A stretch of DNA of 60,649 bases, the filler included. It is 4 parts of 4 records of this genome, joined end to end, with 100 filler letters (N's around TTAATTAATTAA, not from the genome) between each part and the next. Parts side by side here need not be neighbours in the genome. Positions count along the whole stretch, not along the records: positions 25,084 to 47,840 come from DRR723986_13858; positions 47,941 to 53,073 come from DRR723986_13866; positions 53,174 to 60,649 come from DRR723986_13868; 1 more part is not named here. One strand, 5' to 3'. The translations under genes and the position numbers were made by a program. Numbering within the stretch: position 1 is the first letter of the stretch; each line of letters opens with the position of its first letter. The notes below the pieces were generated by a model that saw nothing but the letters and a program-made list of their open reading frames with translations, made no database searches and had not been told where the DNA came from. This document shows, piece after piece, positions 44,258 through 53,174 of this stretch.

Positions 44258-46753
44258 ATGTTTCGCCTCTCGTCCGCTGTCATAATGCTCTTGCTTGGCC
44301 AACAATCAGTGTTGGCAGAATCTCATGACGCACTGCAAAAGCTCCTGACGGATTACTGTGTTGACTGTCACGGCGTCGATGAACAACAGGCTGAACGGCG
44401 ATTTGACTCACTCAACATACACCTTCGAAGCGACTCGGATTCTAACCAACTTGCTGATTTGCAAGACATCTTGGACCAGCTTAATCTTGGCCAAATGCCG
44501 CCAGAGGACGCGGACCAACCGCCATCAAATTTACGCCGGGCTGCAACTGATTTCCTGACTTCGAGTATTGCCTCTTACCACGCCAGACGGCAATCCGCGT
44601 CGCATGAGCAACTGCGCCGCCGAAACAATCGCGAGTACCGAAATGCACTTCGCGACCTGCTCAACCTGGATATGACCATGTTTGATCCGGTTGCTGGCTT
44701 CCCACGCGACAACACCACAGAACATCTGGACAACATCGGCTCTTCGCTAACCACCTCTGGGTTCCTTCTGGACCGCTATCTGGATGCAGCCGAGGCGGCG
44801 ATCGACAAAATTTTGGCCCAACGTCTCAAGCCAAAACCGCACTCCTGGCACTTTCACAAGAATTTCCGGCAGCAACCTGAAATCGACCAGGTGCACGGCA
44901 AGACAAATGGATTCCAATGGCTCACACTCTACGACGTCATCGGAGCGGACAAACACGAGGGAGCCTACGCCCCAATCCATGCCTTTGATGAAGGTGTCCC
45001 TTCGGATGGATTCTATGAAATTGAGTTTTTGGCCGAAGCTGTTAACCGGGACCATCCGTACGACGATGCTTTCCTGTCACGCGACCGCAACGAGCCGTTG
45101 CGTCTGGGTATTCGGCCTGGCAACAGGGAAGCAGGACCACTGCACAAACCTCAGCCCATCGAGCCACTCCTGACGGCGGTCGATCTTGAAGACAGAAAAC
45201 GCTGGTACAAGGCAAGAGTTTGGTTGGATGCGGGCTACACGCCTCGATTCACATTCGTCAACGGCCTGATGGACGCTCGCAACCTCTGGACTAAGCTGAT
45301 CCGGCGCTATCCAGAGCAGTTTCCCAAGAACCTGAAGAAAGGCATCGTGTCCTATCGGTTCAACGCGATTAAGCTCGGGAAACTTCCCCAAATCCATGTT
45401 CATGAAGTCAAGATTGCAGGCCCCAATCACGACGACTGGCCCATGCGTCGGCACATCGCCTTGTTAGGTGCTGAGTGCGAAACGATTCTCGAAACTGGAC
45501 GATTTGCAAGTGAAAACGATGCAATGCGCCGACTCGATCAGTTCGCATCGCGAGCCTTTCGAACTTCACCCAGCAGCACCCAATCGGCCGGTTTCCGCTC
45601 GCTGTATAAACGCCGCATCGACGCCGGCAGGACAGAACTAGAAGCGTACGGAGATGTTGCCAAGAGCATCCTTGTGTCGCCCAGTTTCCTTTACCTCGCT
45701 TCGCCCTCCCCTGCTCCGCTAACTTCATCAGACCGAATGTCGAGTGCTGAGCGCACTTCCAAGACCAGCGGTCCGGTGGTAGCCGATCGCCTGGCTGCAT
45801 TTCTTTGGTCGTCCATCCCTGATGAAAAGCTATTGCGTACCTTCGCAGCCGACCGCAGTTCTGACGCAGTTCATCGTGAGGTGGACCGGCTGCTTAACGA
45901 TCGCAAGAGCCAAGCTTTTGTGACATCATTTCTTGAAGCCTGGCTGAACCTGCGTGACCTGGGCGCTTCGCCACCAGATCGCTCTCAGTTTCGAAGCTAT
46001 TATCAATTCAATCTGCACGAGGCTAGCCTTTCTGAGACTCATCACTACTTTCGACATTTGATCGATGAGGATCTGTCTCCGCGACTGCTGCTTGATTCCG
46101 ATTTTACTTTTGCCAACAAACGCCTGGCTGCACACTACGACCTTCCATTCGAGGGCCCAAACGAATTCCGCAGAATTGAGCTTCCCGATCAACGTCGAGG
46201 TGGACTACTGGGCCAGGCGAGCGTCTTGACCGTTTCTGCCAATGGCATTGAAACATCTCCGGTCGTACGAGGCATTTGGGTTCTGGAAAGTATCCTTGCA
46301 TCGCCTCCAAGTCCTCCGCCGCCTGACGTTCCGGCACTGGATCCAGACACGCGTGGATCGAAGTCGATTCGTGAGCAACTGGCCAAACACAGGAGCAACG
46401 AAGCGTGCAACGATTGCCACCGCCGCATTGACCCACCAGGCTTTGCACTTGAGAATTTCGACCCCGTAGGCCGTTGGCGAGAGAATTACTCGAAGCGAGT
46501 GCCGATTGACTCATCCGGTGAACTACCTGGGAACAGACGTTTCGATGGCATTGCCCAGTTCAAGCAACATTTGCTCGACGATCGCGAGCAGTTTTACCGT
46601 GGTCTTGTCACCAAACTGATGTCGTACGCTCACGGCCGCATTATGGACGCCAGCGACCGCCCACAGATCGATCCAATTGTTAACGACATTGAGCAAAACT
46701 CCATCGGCCTCCGCACCATCATCCACCGCGTCGCCCAAACGCTGGCTCGTTGA
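44258..46753 (+). CDS. DUF1592/DUF1588/DUF1585 planctomycete cytochrome-c-like protein (two CxxCH)
   Basis: YCVDCH, MPP, RR.N.REY.N.LRDL, SPSFLY, TSPVVRG.W, CNDCH..IDP.GFALENFD; start uncertain. Confidence 0.92.
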   Translation: MFRLSSAVIMLLLGQQSVLAESHDALQKLLTDYCVDCHGVDEQQAERRFDSLNIHLRSDSDSNQLADLQDILDQLNLGQMPPEDADQPPSNLRRAATDFLTSSIASYHARRQSASHEQLRRRNNREYRNALRDLLNLDMTMFDPVAGFPRDNTTEHLDNIGSSLTTSGFLLDRYLDAAEAAIDKILAQRLKPKPHSWHFHKNFRQQPEIDQVHGKTNGFQWLTLYDVIGADKHEGAYAPIHAFDEGVPSDGFYEIEFLAEAVNRDHPYDDAFLSRDRNEPLRLGIRPGNREAGPLHKPQPIEPLLTAVDLEDRKRWYKARVWLDAGYTPRFTFVNGLMDARNLWTKLIRRYPEQFPKNLKKGIVSYRFNAIKLGKLPQIHVHEVKIAGPNHDDWPMRRHIALLGAECETILETGRFASENDAMRRLDQFASRAFRTSPSSTQSAGFRSLYKRRIDAGRTELEAYGDVAKSILVSPSFLYLASPSPAPLTSSDRMSSAERTSKTSGPVVADRLAAFLWSSIPDEKLLRTFAADRSSDAVHREVDRLLNDRKSQAFVTSFLEAWLNLRDLGASPPDRSQFRSYYQFNLHEASLSETHHYFRHLIDEDLSPRLLLDSDFTFANKRLAAHYDLPFEGPNEFRRIELPDQRRGGLLGQASVLTVSANGIETSPVVRGIWVLESILASPPSPPPPDVPALDPDTRGSKSIREQLAKHRSNEACNDCHRRIDPPGFALENFDPVGRWRENYSKRVPIDSSGELPGNRRFDGIAQFKQHLLDDREQFYRGLVTKLMSYAHGRIMDASDRPQIDPIVNDIEQNSIGLRTIIHRVAQTLAR

Positions 46754-46868
46754 GGCAAAATTAAGTTCTGCTGCACCACCCGTCATTTCTTTCTTCCTCG
46801 CAAGATGCCTCTAGCCAGTAGGCGTTTGCAGACGGACGGCGATCGGAAAGTACCGAGCCCGCGTCTGA

Positions 46869-47399
46869 CTAGAAGAAGTAGTCGATCACGTACTTGATAG
46901 CGACAACAACTAAAAGAAGACTGCCTACGATGCAGAACGTCTTCTGAGATTGCTCGAGTTGCCTTGCCTCATCCGTCGCAATGCCGCGTCGGTTTTGTTC
47001 CACTCCACGACGGCACGCAGAGCAGATCATGTAAAAGTCCGCCGAAGAAAATGGCTCCTCCAGTTGCATCGTCTGGCTGTCGCCGCCAAGCCATCCTTGA
47101 TACTCGACCTCGCATTGAAATTTATCCGCATCCGAAAGCGTCGCCTCACAAAACTGACACGTATTGGGCGATCGGTTTGCAAAATAGAGCTGTTCCCAAC
47201 CGACCACACACCAAGTCGCCTCGCAACTAACGCAGAAATGCGTTGGGGATTCGACATCGCATTCTGCGCCACCGTACACGCTTCCCTCGGGAACTTCAGA
47301 TGGTAGAGGATAGCCGTACACGATCCTGGTAACTGTCGACAAATCGCAGTTAGGACAGAAACGGGACGCGTCCACCCAATCATTCGCTGGACAGATCAC
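46869..47399 (-). CDS. Hypothetical protein with four CxxC motifs and C-terminal TM helix
   Basis: CPNC..IVYGYP..CVSC, CQFC, CSAC; hydrophobic C-terminus. Confidence 0.6.
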   Translation of the reverse strand: MICPANDWVDASRFCPNCDLSTVTRIVYGYPLPSEVPEGSVYGGAECDVESPTHFCVSCEATWCVVGWEQLYFANRSPNTCQFCEATLSDADKFQCEVEYQGWLGGDSQTMQLEEPFSSADFYMICSACRRGVEQNRRGIATDEARQLEQSQKTFCIVGSLLLVVVAIKYVIDYFF

Positions 47400-47774
47400 T
47401 TTGGGGACTCAACATAGCCACAGGTGAAGGGACAGTGCAGTAAGGGGAGAGCCCCTAATTATAACGCGATGTCCGTCGGTGGTTACAAGCAGGCGTTGCG
47501 CACTACGATGATTCTGGGCCGCCCACTCGCAAGAATTTTGAGCGGTGAAGGAGGCTGGGCTGTTGATTGAACAGGACCAGAATCTCTTAGTGCCATCGTG
47601 AGACACTTTTCCAACCAGCTGCTTCCACGAAAGGACCCGAGAACAACGCGAGGCAGTGAATAGCTTTAGGCAGGCAGCTTGCACCAAGCCGATGTATGCT
47701 GCATTCGTATTCGCTATGATGCCACGCTTGGAATACTTTGTATTCACGCAGACGCCGCGAATCAACGCATTGTA

Positions 47775-47835
47775 CCTGCACTGGCGCCGACGCGTCGCGT
47801 TGGTCGCCGTGAGGGGCTCCTCACCGTAGTGCAGG
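47775..47835. repeat. Nested inverted repeat (three-way-junction fold) at the contig end
   Basis: CCTGCACT/AGTGCAGG encloses hairpins at 47783-47808 and 47809-47824. Confidence 0.5.
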
Positions 47836-47840
47836 CAGCC

Positions 47841-47940
47841 NNNNNNNNNNNNNNNNNNNNNNNNNNNNNNNNNNNNNNNNNNNNTTAATTAATTAANNNN
47901 NNNNNNNNNNNNNNNNNNNNNNNNNNNNNNNNNNNNNNNN
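47841..47940. other. Artificial contig linker
   Basis: 44 N + TTAATTAATTAA + 44 N. Confidence 0.98.
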
Positions 47941-47941
47941 C

Positions 47942-48055
47942 TTGCGCTGGGATACGCGTGATGCTGCCGGAAGGGACTGTCCCGCAGGAATGTATGTCTG
48001 CCGGGTGCACATTGGTGATAATACGCAAACTCATGTTGTCAGCCTGGTGCGTTAA
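47942..48055 (+). CDS. 3' fragment of a secreted protein with FlgD-Ig/T9SS-type C-terminal domain
   Basis: Translated by hand: LRWDTRDAAGRDCPAGMYVCRVHIGDNTQTHVVSLVR*; aligns with the C-terminus of the next ORF. Confidence 0.8.
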   Translation: MRWDTRDAAGRDCPAGMYVCRVHIGDNTQTHVVSLVR

Positions 48056-48101
48056 TCGACCTGCAGGTTGTTCTGCCGGAATTGTAACAAATTGTTAAAT
48101 C

Positions 48102-48133
48102 AATGCCTCCGCTTGATATTGAGCGGAGGTGTT
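48102..48133 (+). terminator. Hairpin after the upstream gene
   Basis: AATGCCTCCGCTT...GAGCGGAGGTGTT long stem with G-U pairs. Confidence 0.55.
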
Positions 48134-48335
48134 GAATTAACTGACTCTCTGATCGCTTTGAGCTCTTGCCCTGGCTCTGCCGGCTGCGTTCTCAGGCTCT
48201 ATGATATTTTTGTTGTGCACTGAGTCCAAATATTCAATTAATTGAGACTCTCAATAGTTAACACCCTCGGCGTCAATCCATACCTTAAAGTCACGCAGGC
48301 CCCGTGACAATGAGGTCCAATTCAGGGAGATCTAT

Positions 48336-51300
48336 ATGCTAGCGTCATCGGACCATGTGTGTATGTTAAAACGTATTGCAGCCTTGGGAATAGTTTTACT
48401 GTTTAGTCTGCCCCTACTCGGCTCGGGCGGTGATGTGATTGCCGGGCACAGTGCGCGAGACTCCAATCCGGCACCCTTTAATTCCGCGGCTGACTGGGAG
48501 AAAAACCGTCCAGCGATTTCCACCGGTTATTACTTCATTGACAGTCAAGAGCAGGGAACCGAACCCGCTGCGCCCAAAACAAGTGAGCTGCGCCGCGATC
48601 TGGACCAGGATCAGCATCTGTGGTTCCGGATTACATCCGGCCCCAATCAATACAGCTCCGATCACTGGGAGCAGAATCCGGAAGGTCAAACTTACTTCCG
48701 CAATCCCGGCGATATGAATGATTCTACCGACAATGCCTTTGCCGGTCCAATTAACATCGGATTTGATTTCGAGTTTAACGGTGTGCGTTACGACAGCATT
48801 TACGTCTCCAGTAATGGATTGATTGCGCTTACAAACCGCCGCTACTTCTACAATTCAAACGGCCGGCGTATAAAAGACGAAGTCACAGGTGAAGCCTGGG
48901 ATCCACAAGGCGATGATCCACGCCGGCGCCTCGATCCATTTAATACAGATGGACTAAATGACGAGACGGCTGATGACTGGGGGTACCAGTTTGTAGCCTG
49001 TGGCGGTGATCCTGCCGACCCACTGGCCGGCATCCGTTCGCCCTTTAACTCGGCTCTCGGCGATGCCGCGATAGTCAATGCTGGCCTTGTTAAAGAAGCT
49101 GCCGTGATTGCTCCACTATGGGATGACTGGCAATTGCCGCAGTACGATCCCCTTCGCCGTCGTGTAATCGACTACGGCCAAGTCTGGTATAAACGGTCTG
49201 CCGACAATACAGAACTGGCCATTAAATTTGTCAACCTTGTGCCGCTTGGATCTAAACGTCACCCCCTTCCGGGGCGGGCGGATGTGGAATTTGCCAAAAA
49301 CGAGCGCGTCGGTCGTGACGGTGCATTTGCCGTCAGTGCAACGGTTATCTTAAACAGCATCGACAATAGTGTTTCAGTTTTGTACGAGGCCGCCGAGCCG
49401 GCCAATCTTGAGTTTATGAAGGCCGGTGTGCCTGCCTGGGACCTTGTTGCCGCCAACGCCAGTGTTGGCCTGCGTGGCCAGGCGCGTTTTGAAGACGACG
49501 TCGCTAAAGAACGGCGCTATTTACAATACACAGAGTATCTGCGCGACGGGCAGCTGTTAACAGAGCCACAAGCGGCCGCCGAAGCAGCCGGGCTCTCAAT
49601 TGCCGGACTCTCAGATGAATTTGCCCTGCGCTTTAAACAGTACAAAAATATTCTACGCGTCGTTGATATAGACTACATGATCATCGATCCGCAGACGCGC
49701 GAGTTCACACACCGTATTGAGGATGTTGAAGACTTTGAAGTTCTGATTGGCAATCAATTCCTCGGAACCGTGCTGCCGGTAGTGACCTATCAGAATCTTT
49801 CAAACGATGTGCAGGGCGAAGCCGGCGTAAACTATCAGGAACAAGGTTTTGACTTCAGGGCCAATCTGCTTATTCGCAACAGTCTAATCAGCGATACAAT
49901 TATCTATCGCCGTGATGTTTGTGTGAATGACTTTGCACTCCTGACTCCTGCAGAGTCGGGCGTGCGTCTCGTTAATGCCGCCGGTGAACCCTTGCCATAT
50001 ACCGGCGGTGGCATTCCCAGTTATGCCTTCATAGAAACAATATTCCCGCAAATGAAAACAAATCAATTTTTGCCAAATCATTATGGTCATTGGCGTGTGA
50101 CGGCTTCGGCAGAGGGGCTTAGTTGCGTGGGGGAGCCGCTTTCAGAGGAATGGGATAAGGACAATTCACTCAGCGTACGCGCTTTTGGTCTCAGGATTTT
50201 AAACAGCTTTCGGGAAAATTTTTCGGAATTTAACTACACCGCTGAGCATGGCGCTCAGCCTCTGGCCGGCCATTGGATAAATTTTGGTGCCGAAGTTGTT
50301 AGCGGCAGCGAGCACACGCTACATCCGCCACCGCCGCGTGACGATGTGAAGGTGCCCGGCAATCCCGACTTAACAATCAGCTCACCAGTTGTGCGGCTGA
50401 ATCGTTTGGATCTGAATGGAAGGGAGCAGGCCGCCGGTGGAGATGAATTGCGCTCAATGCCGATTGATGTGCGCGGACGCAGTCAACAGGCATTAACCTT
50501 TTCATACCAGCGGGCGGGGCGTCCGCCATCCGGCGCGTACGACCGCGGCTGGTCTGACCTGGTTCGCATTGGCCCCGAAGCACGTGTTGTCGAAAATGGA
50601 GACTGGGAAACAACCGAACCGCTGCAGCACCCGGATGTCCTTGAGTTGCATTTTGCTAACCCAAGCCCAGACCAATATAACAACATTGTTAATATTCCAG
50701 ACGAAGGCTGGAGCCGCCATCCTGACCTGCGCACTTCCGGCGAATTCATAACAGACAATCCCGTATTTACCGTGTTTGGCGGCGGCGGCTACCGCGTCGG
50801 TTTCGACGAGGAAAATCTCGATTCGGCCCTGACTGCGCAGCAAGGTTTGCGTCCGCTGTCGTTGGACAGCGGCAAGGACCGCGAGTTCCTCAAGGCATTT
50901 ATTGATTTGCCGGAACACATAGAGGGCGCGCCAAATGATGCGGCGCGTTATTTCCGCTTTAAGTTTGTGGTTAAAGCGCAGAATCATGGTCCTGCCAATA
51001 GTTCCATTAACGGTCCGCTTGATGATGCCGATGACTTCTACATCGACAATGTGGCAATTGTTCGCCGCACCGAAAACCCGGATCTGGAAGTCTCAAGTAT
51101 TGAAGTCCTGCCCGGCCCGGTTCAAATGTGGCCGGCCAGCCAGGCTCAGAGAGTTAATATTAACGCGACAGTTGTTAACAATAGTACGGAACAGTCGCGT
51201 GCCGTTGGAATCTTGGTTCAAATAGCGGAAGCCAATGATCCGGCCATGCGCCTCCTGTATCAACGTGCACAGGCGCTGCCTTTCATACGTCCGCAGCAGC

Positions 51301-52871
51301 AAGTCCGCAGAGCGTTTCCTGCCTGGTATGCGCGCGGAACACGGCCAGGCCGTTACCTCGTTTGCGCTTCCATCTTTCTTGGAGCTAGAGACAACAATGA
51401 GTCAAATGACAGTACACACACCTTCTACGATCTTGACTTTGCGGATGTAATTGCCTACGACACGCCCTCGCGCCGGGGTGTTAATGATCTTGCTACATTC
51501 GCCGGGCAGGCTGGTAAAGGCCTCAACCTGGGAGCCGTCAGTAGCGGTGCCTTTACGTCTGCAAGTGCTTATGGTGCAGATGCCGGCGATCAGGTCGGTG
51601 CAATTGCACTGCGCTACGAGCAGACGAGTTTTGATACCTTGTGGGGCTACCAGCTCTATTTTGGTGGAATGAACGATTCACCGGATCAGATTCGGATTTC
51701 GCTGCACAACGATGACAACGGCAAACCATCCGAGACACCAATTGCAGGCTCCGTGATGCGCCGCCGTCGTGCCCTGTTTGATCTGGACGCATTGGGAGAC
51801 CCCGCTCCGCCGGCACCCGAAATGTTGCTGGATCAGTACGGAACGTACGTGCTGGATGAAAAGTTGATCCTGCAGCGCGGCGACTACTGGATGGTAGTTG
51901 AACAAAGCAGTCAAACAGGTTTTGAACTCGGTGCTTCTGCCGCGCGTATGGGAATGCAGACGCTCAATTATTCCAACATTCCAGTTCTGGGTGTTAACGG
52001 AAACAGTGTCCTTAACGAGCATTATCTACGCGAAGAGAACCGCGGACTCTACCCGCCGATGCGCAATTTGTTTATGTACCGCAATTATGCGGGTGATGAT
52101 GTCTGGACGCAGTTTACGCCACCAAGCGGCAATCCGGCCTATGCGCATTTGGGGCATTCAGGCCAGGTAGGGACAATTAACACGTACACGCGCGCTTCGT
52201 GGGTGCCAATGATGCGTTTGTATTACGGTGAGCGTACATACGCCGATCCGCCATCCTATATTGATGGCTTTAAACCGGTAGAGCTGAGCGAGTTTGCCGG
52301 CAGTCCCCGGCCGCCGGTTGGCAATGAGCTGTACTGGGAGACTGCCTCTGAGATCGACAATGCAGGGTTTTTTGTTGAGCGCCGCTTAACTGCGCAGGCC
52401 GGTGAGTTTGCTTCAATCGGTTTTGTTAACGGCGCTGGTTCCAGCTCTATTCCAAAGGAGTACTCTCTGATGGATCAGGATGTACAAGCCGGCCAGAGTT
52501 ATGCATATCGTCTGCGTCAGGTTGATTTTGACGGCACGGCGACACTTTCCAAGTCCATTGTTTTGCGTTACGACGTGGATTCGGACTTTCGTGTTAACAA
52601 CCGGCCGAATCCATTTGTAAACTCAACGGATATCAGTTTTGCTGTTCCATTTAAGGCAAATGGCAAGGCAAATGTTAAGCTCCAAATCTGTGACTTGTTT
52701 GGCACAGTCGTGCGTACGCTGCATGCCGGAGACCTCAAGGCTACATCACAGCATACAATTAGCTGGGATACGCGCAATGATCACGGTCAGCAGTGTGCCG
52801 CTGGATTGTATTACTGCCGCCTGCAAATAGGCAGTGAACACAAAGTGCACGTGATGCAACTTATCAGGTAA
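48336..52871 (+). CDS. 1511-aa secreted multidomain protein (NIDO-like motif, CARDB-like, Ig-like, FlgD/T9SS-type CTD)
   Basis: RBS AGGGAG; signal peptide; GPINIGFDFEFNG.RYDSIYVSSNG; PDLEVSSI; PVELSEF..LYWETASEIDNAGFFVER; NRPNPF...WD.RN..G....GLY. Confidence 0.85.
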   Translation: MLASSDHVCMLKRIAALGIVLLFSLPLLGSGGDVIAGHSARDSNPAPFNSAADWEKNRPAISTGYYFIDSQEQGTEPAAPKTSELRRDLDQDQHLWFRITSGPNQYSSDHWEQNPEGQTYFRNPGDMNDSTDNAFAGPINIGFDFEFNGVRYDSIYVSSNGLIALTNRRYFYNSNGRRIKDEVTGEAWDPQGDDPRRRLDPFNTDGLNDETADDWGYQFVACGGDPADPLAGIRSPFNSALGDAAIVNAGLVKEAAVIAPLWDDWQLPQYDPLRRRVIDYGQVWYKRSADNTELAIKFVNLVPLGSKRHPLPGRADVEFAKNERVGRDGAFAVSATVILNSIDNSVSVLYEAAEPANLEFMKAGVPAWDLVAANASVGLRGQARFEDDVAKERRYLQYTEYLRDGQLLTEPQAAAEAAGLSIAGLSDEFALRFKQYKNILRVVDIDYMIIDPQTREFTHRIEDVEDFEVLIGNQFLGTVLPVVTYQNLSNDVQGEAGVNYQEQGFDFRANLLIRNSLISDTIIYRRDVCVNDFALLTPAESGVRLVNAAGEPLPYTGGGIPSYAFIETIFPQMKTNQFLPNHYGHWRVTASAEGLSCVGEPLSEEWDKDNSLSVRAFGLRILNSFRENFSEFNYTAEHGAQPLAGHWINFGAEVVSGSEHTLHPPPPRDDVKVPGNPDLTISSPVVRLNRLDLNGREQAAGGDELRSMPIDVRGRSQQALTFSYQRAGRPPSGAYDRGWSDLVRIGPEARVVENGDWETTEPLQHPDVLELHFANPSPDQYNNIVNIPDEGWSRHPDLRTSGEFITDNPVFTVFGGGGYRVGFDEENLDSALTAQQGLRPLSLDSGKDREFLKAFIDLPEHIEGAPNDAARYFRFKFVVKAQNHGPANSSINGPLDDADDFYIDNVAIVRRTENPDLEVSSIEVLPGPVQMWPASQAQRVNINATVVNNSTEQSRAVGILVQIAEANDPAMRLLYQRAQALPFIRPQQQVRRAFPAWYARGTRPGRYLVCASIFLGARDNNESNDSTHTFYDLDFADVIAYDTPSRRGVNDLATFAGQAGKGLNLGAVSSGAFTSASAYGADAGDQVGAIALRYEQTSFDTLWGYQLYFGGMNDSPDQIRISLHNDDNGKPSETPIAGSVMRRRRALFDLDALGDPAPPAPEMLLDQYGTYVLDEKLILQRGDYWMVVEQSSQTGFELGASAARMGMQTLNYSNIPVLGVNGNSVLNEHYLREENRGLYPPMRNLFMYRNYAGDDVWTQFTPPSGNPAYAHLGHSGQVGTINTYTRASWVPMMRLYYGERTYADPPSYIDGFKPVELSEFAGSPRPPVGNELYWETASEIDNAGFFVERRLTAQAGEFASIGFVNGAGSSSIPKEYSLMDQDVQAGQSYAYRLRQVDFDGTATLSKSIVLRYDVDSDFRVNNRPNPFVNSTDISFAVPFKANGKANVKLQICDLFGTVVRTLHAGDLKATSQHTISWDTRNDHGQQCAAGLYYCRLQIGSEHKVHVMQLIR

Positions 52872-52958
52872 TGTGTTAAACAGCATTTACGTGGCGGCCT
52901 CCGGATGTTTAAACAACTGGAGGTCGAACTGCTTTATACACATGTGCGGTTTGTTTGT

Positions 52959-53072
52959 TTAAGTCGCTGTTTGGGTACTGATCGCTTTGAGCCCTTGCCG
53001 GCTCTTGATGTATTCTTGGACCAACATTTGGACTTTTGGCTTGGCGGCGGTCTCAGGCTTTTTGATTGTTTT
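52959..53072 (-). CDS. Possible 3' fragment of a convergent gene
   Basis: Open frame KTIKKPETAAKPKVQMLVQEYIKSRQGLKAISTQTAT* running from the contig end. Confidence 0.35.
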   Translation of the reverse strand, partial: KTIKKPETAAKPKVQMLVQEYIKSRQGLKAISTQTAT

Positions 53073-53073
53073 G

Positions 53074-53173
53074 NNNNNNNNNNNNNNNNNNNNNNNNNNN
53101 NNNNNNNNNNNNNNNNNTTAATTAATTAANNNNNNNNNNNNNNNNNNNNNNNNNNNNNNNNNNNNNNNNNNNN
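53074..53173. other. Artificial contig linker
   Basis: 44 N + TTAATTAATTAA + 44 N. Confidence 0.98.
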
Positions 53174-53174
53174 C

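Noticed and set aside
46754-47480. Possible integron attC sites around the CxxC gene
   Set aside because: No convincing paired RYYYAAC/GTTRRRY boxes and no integrase.
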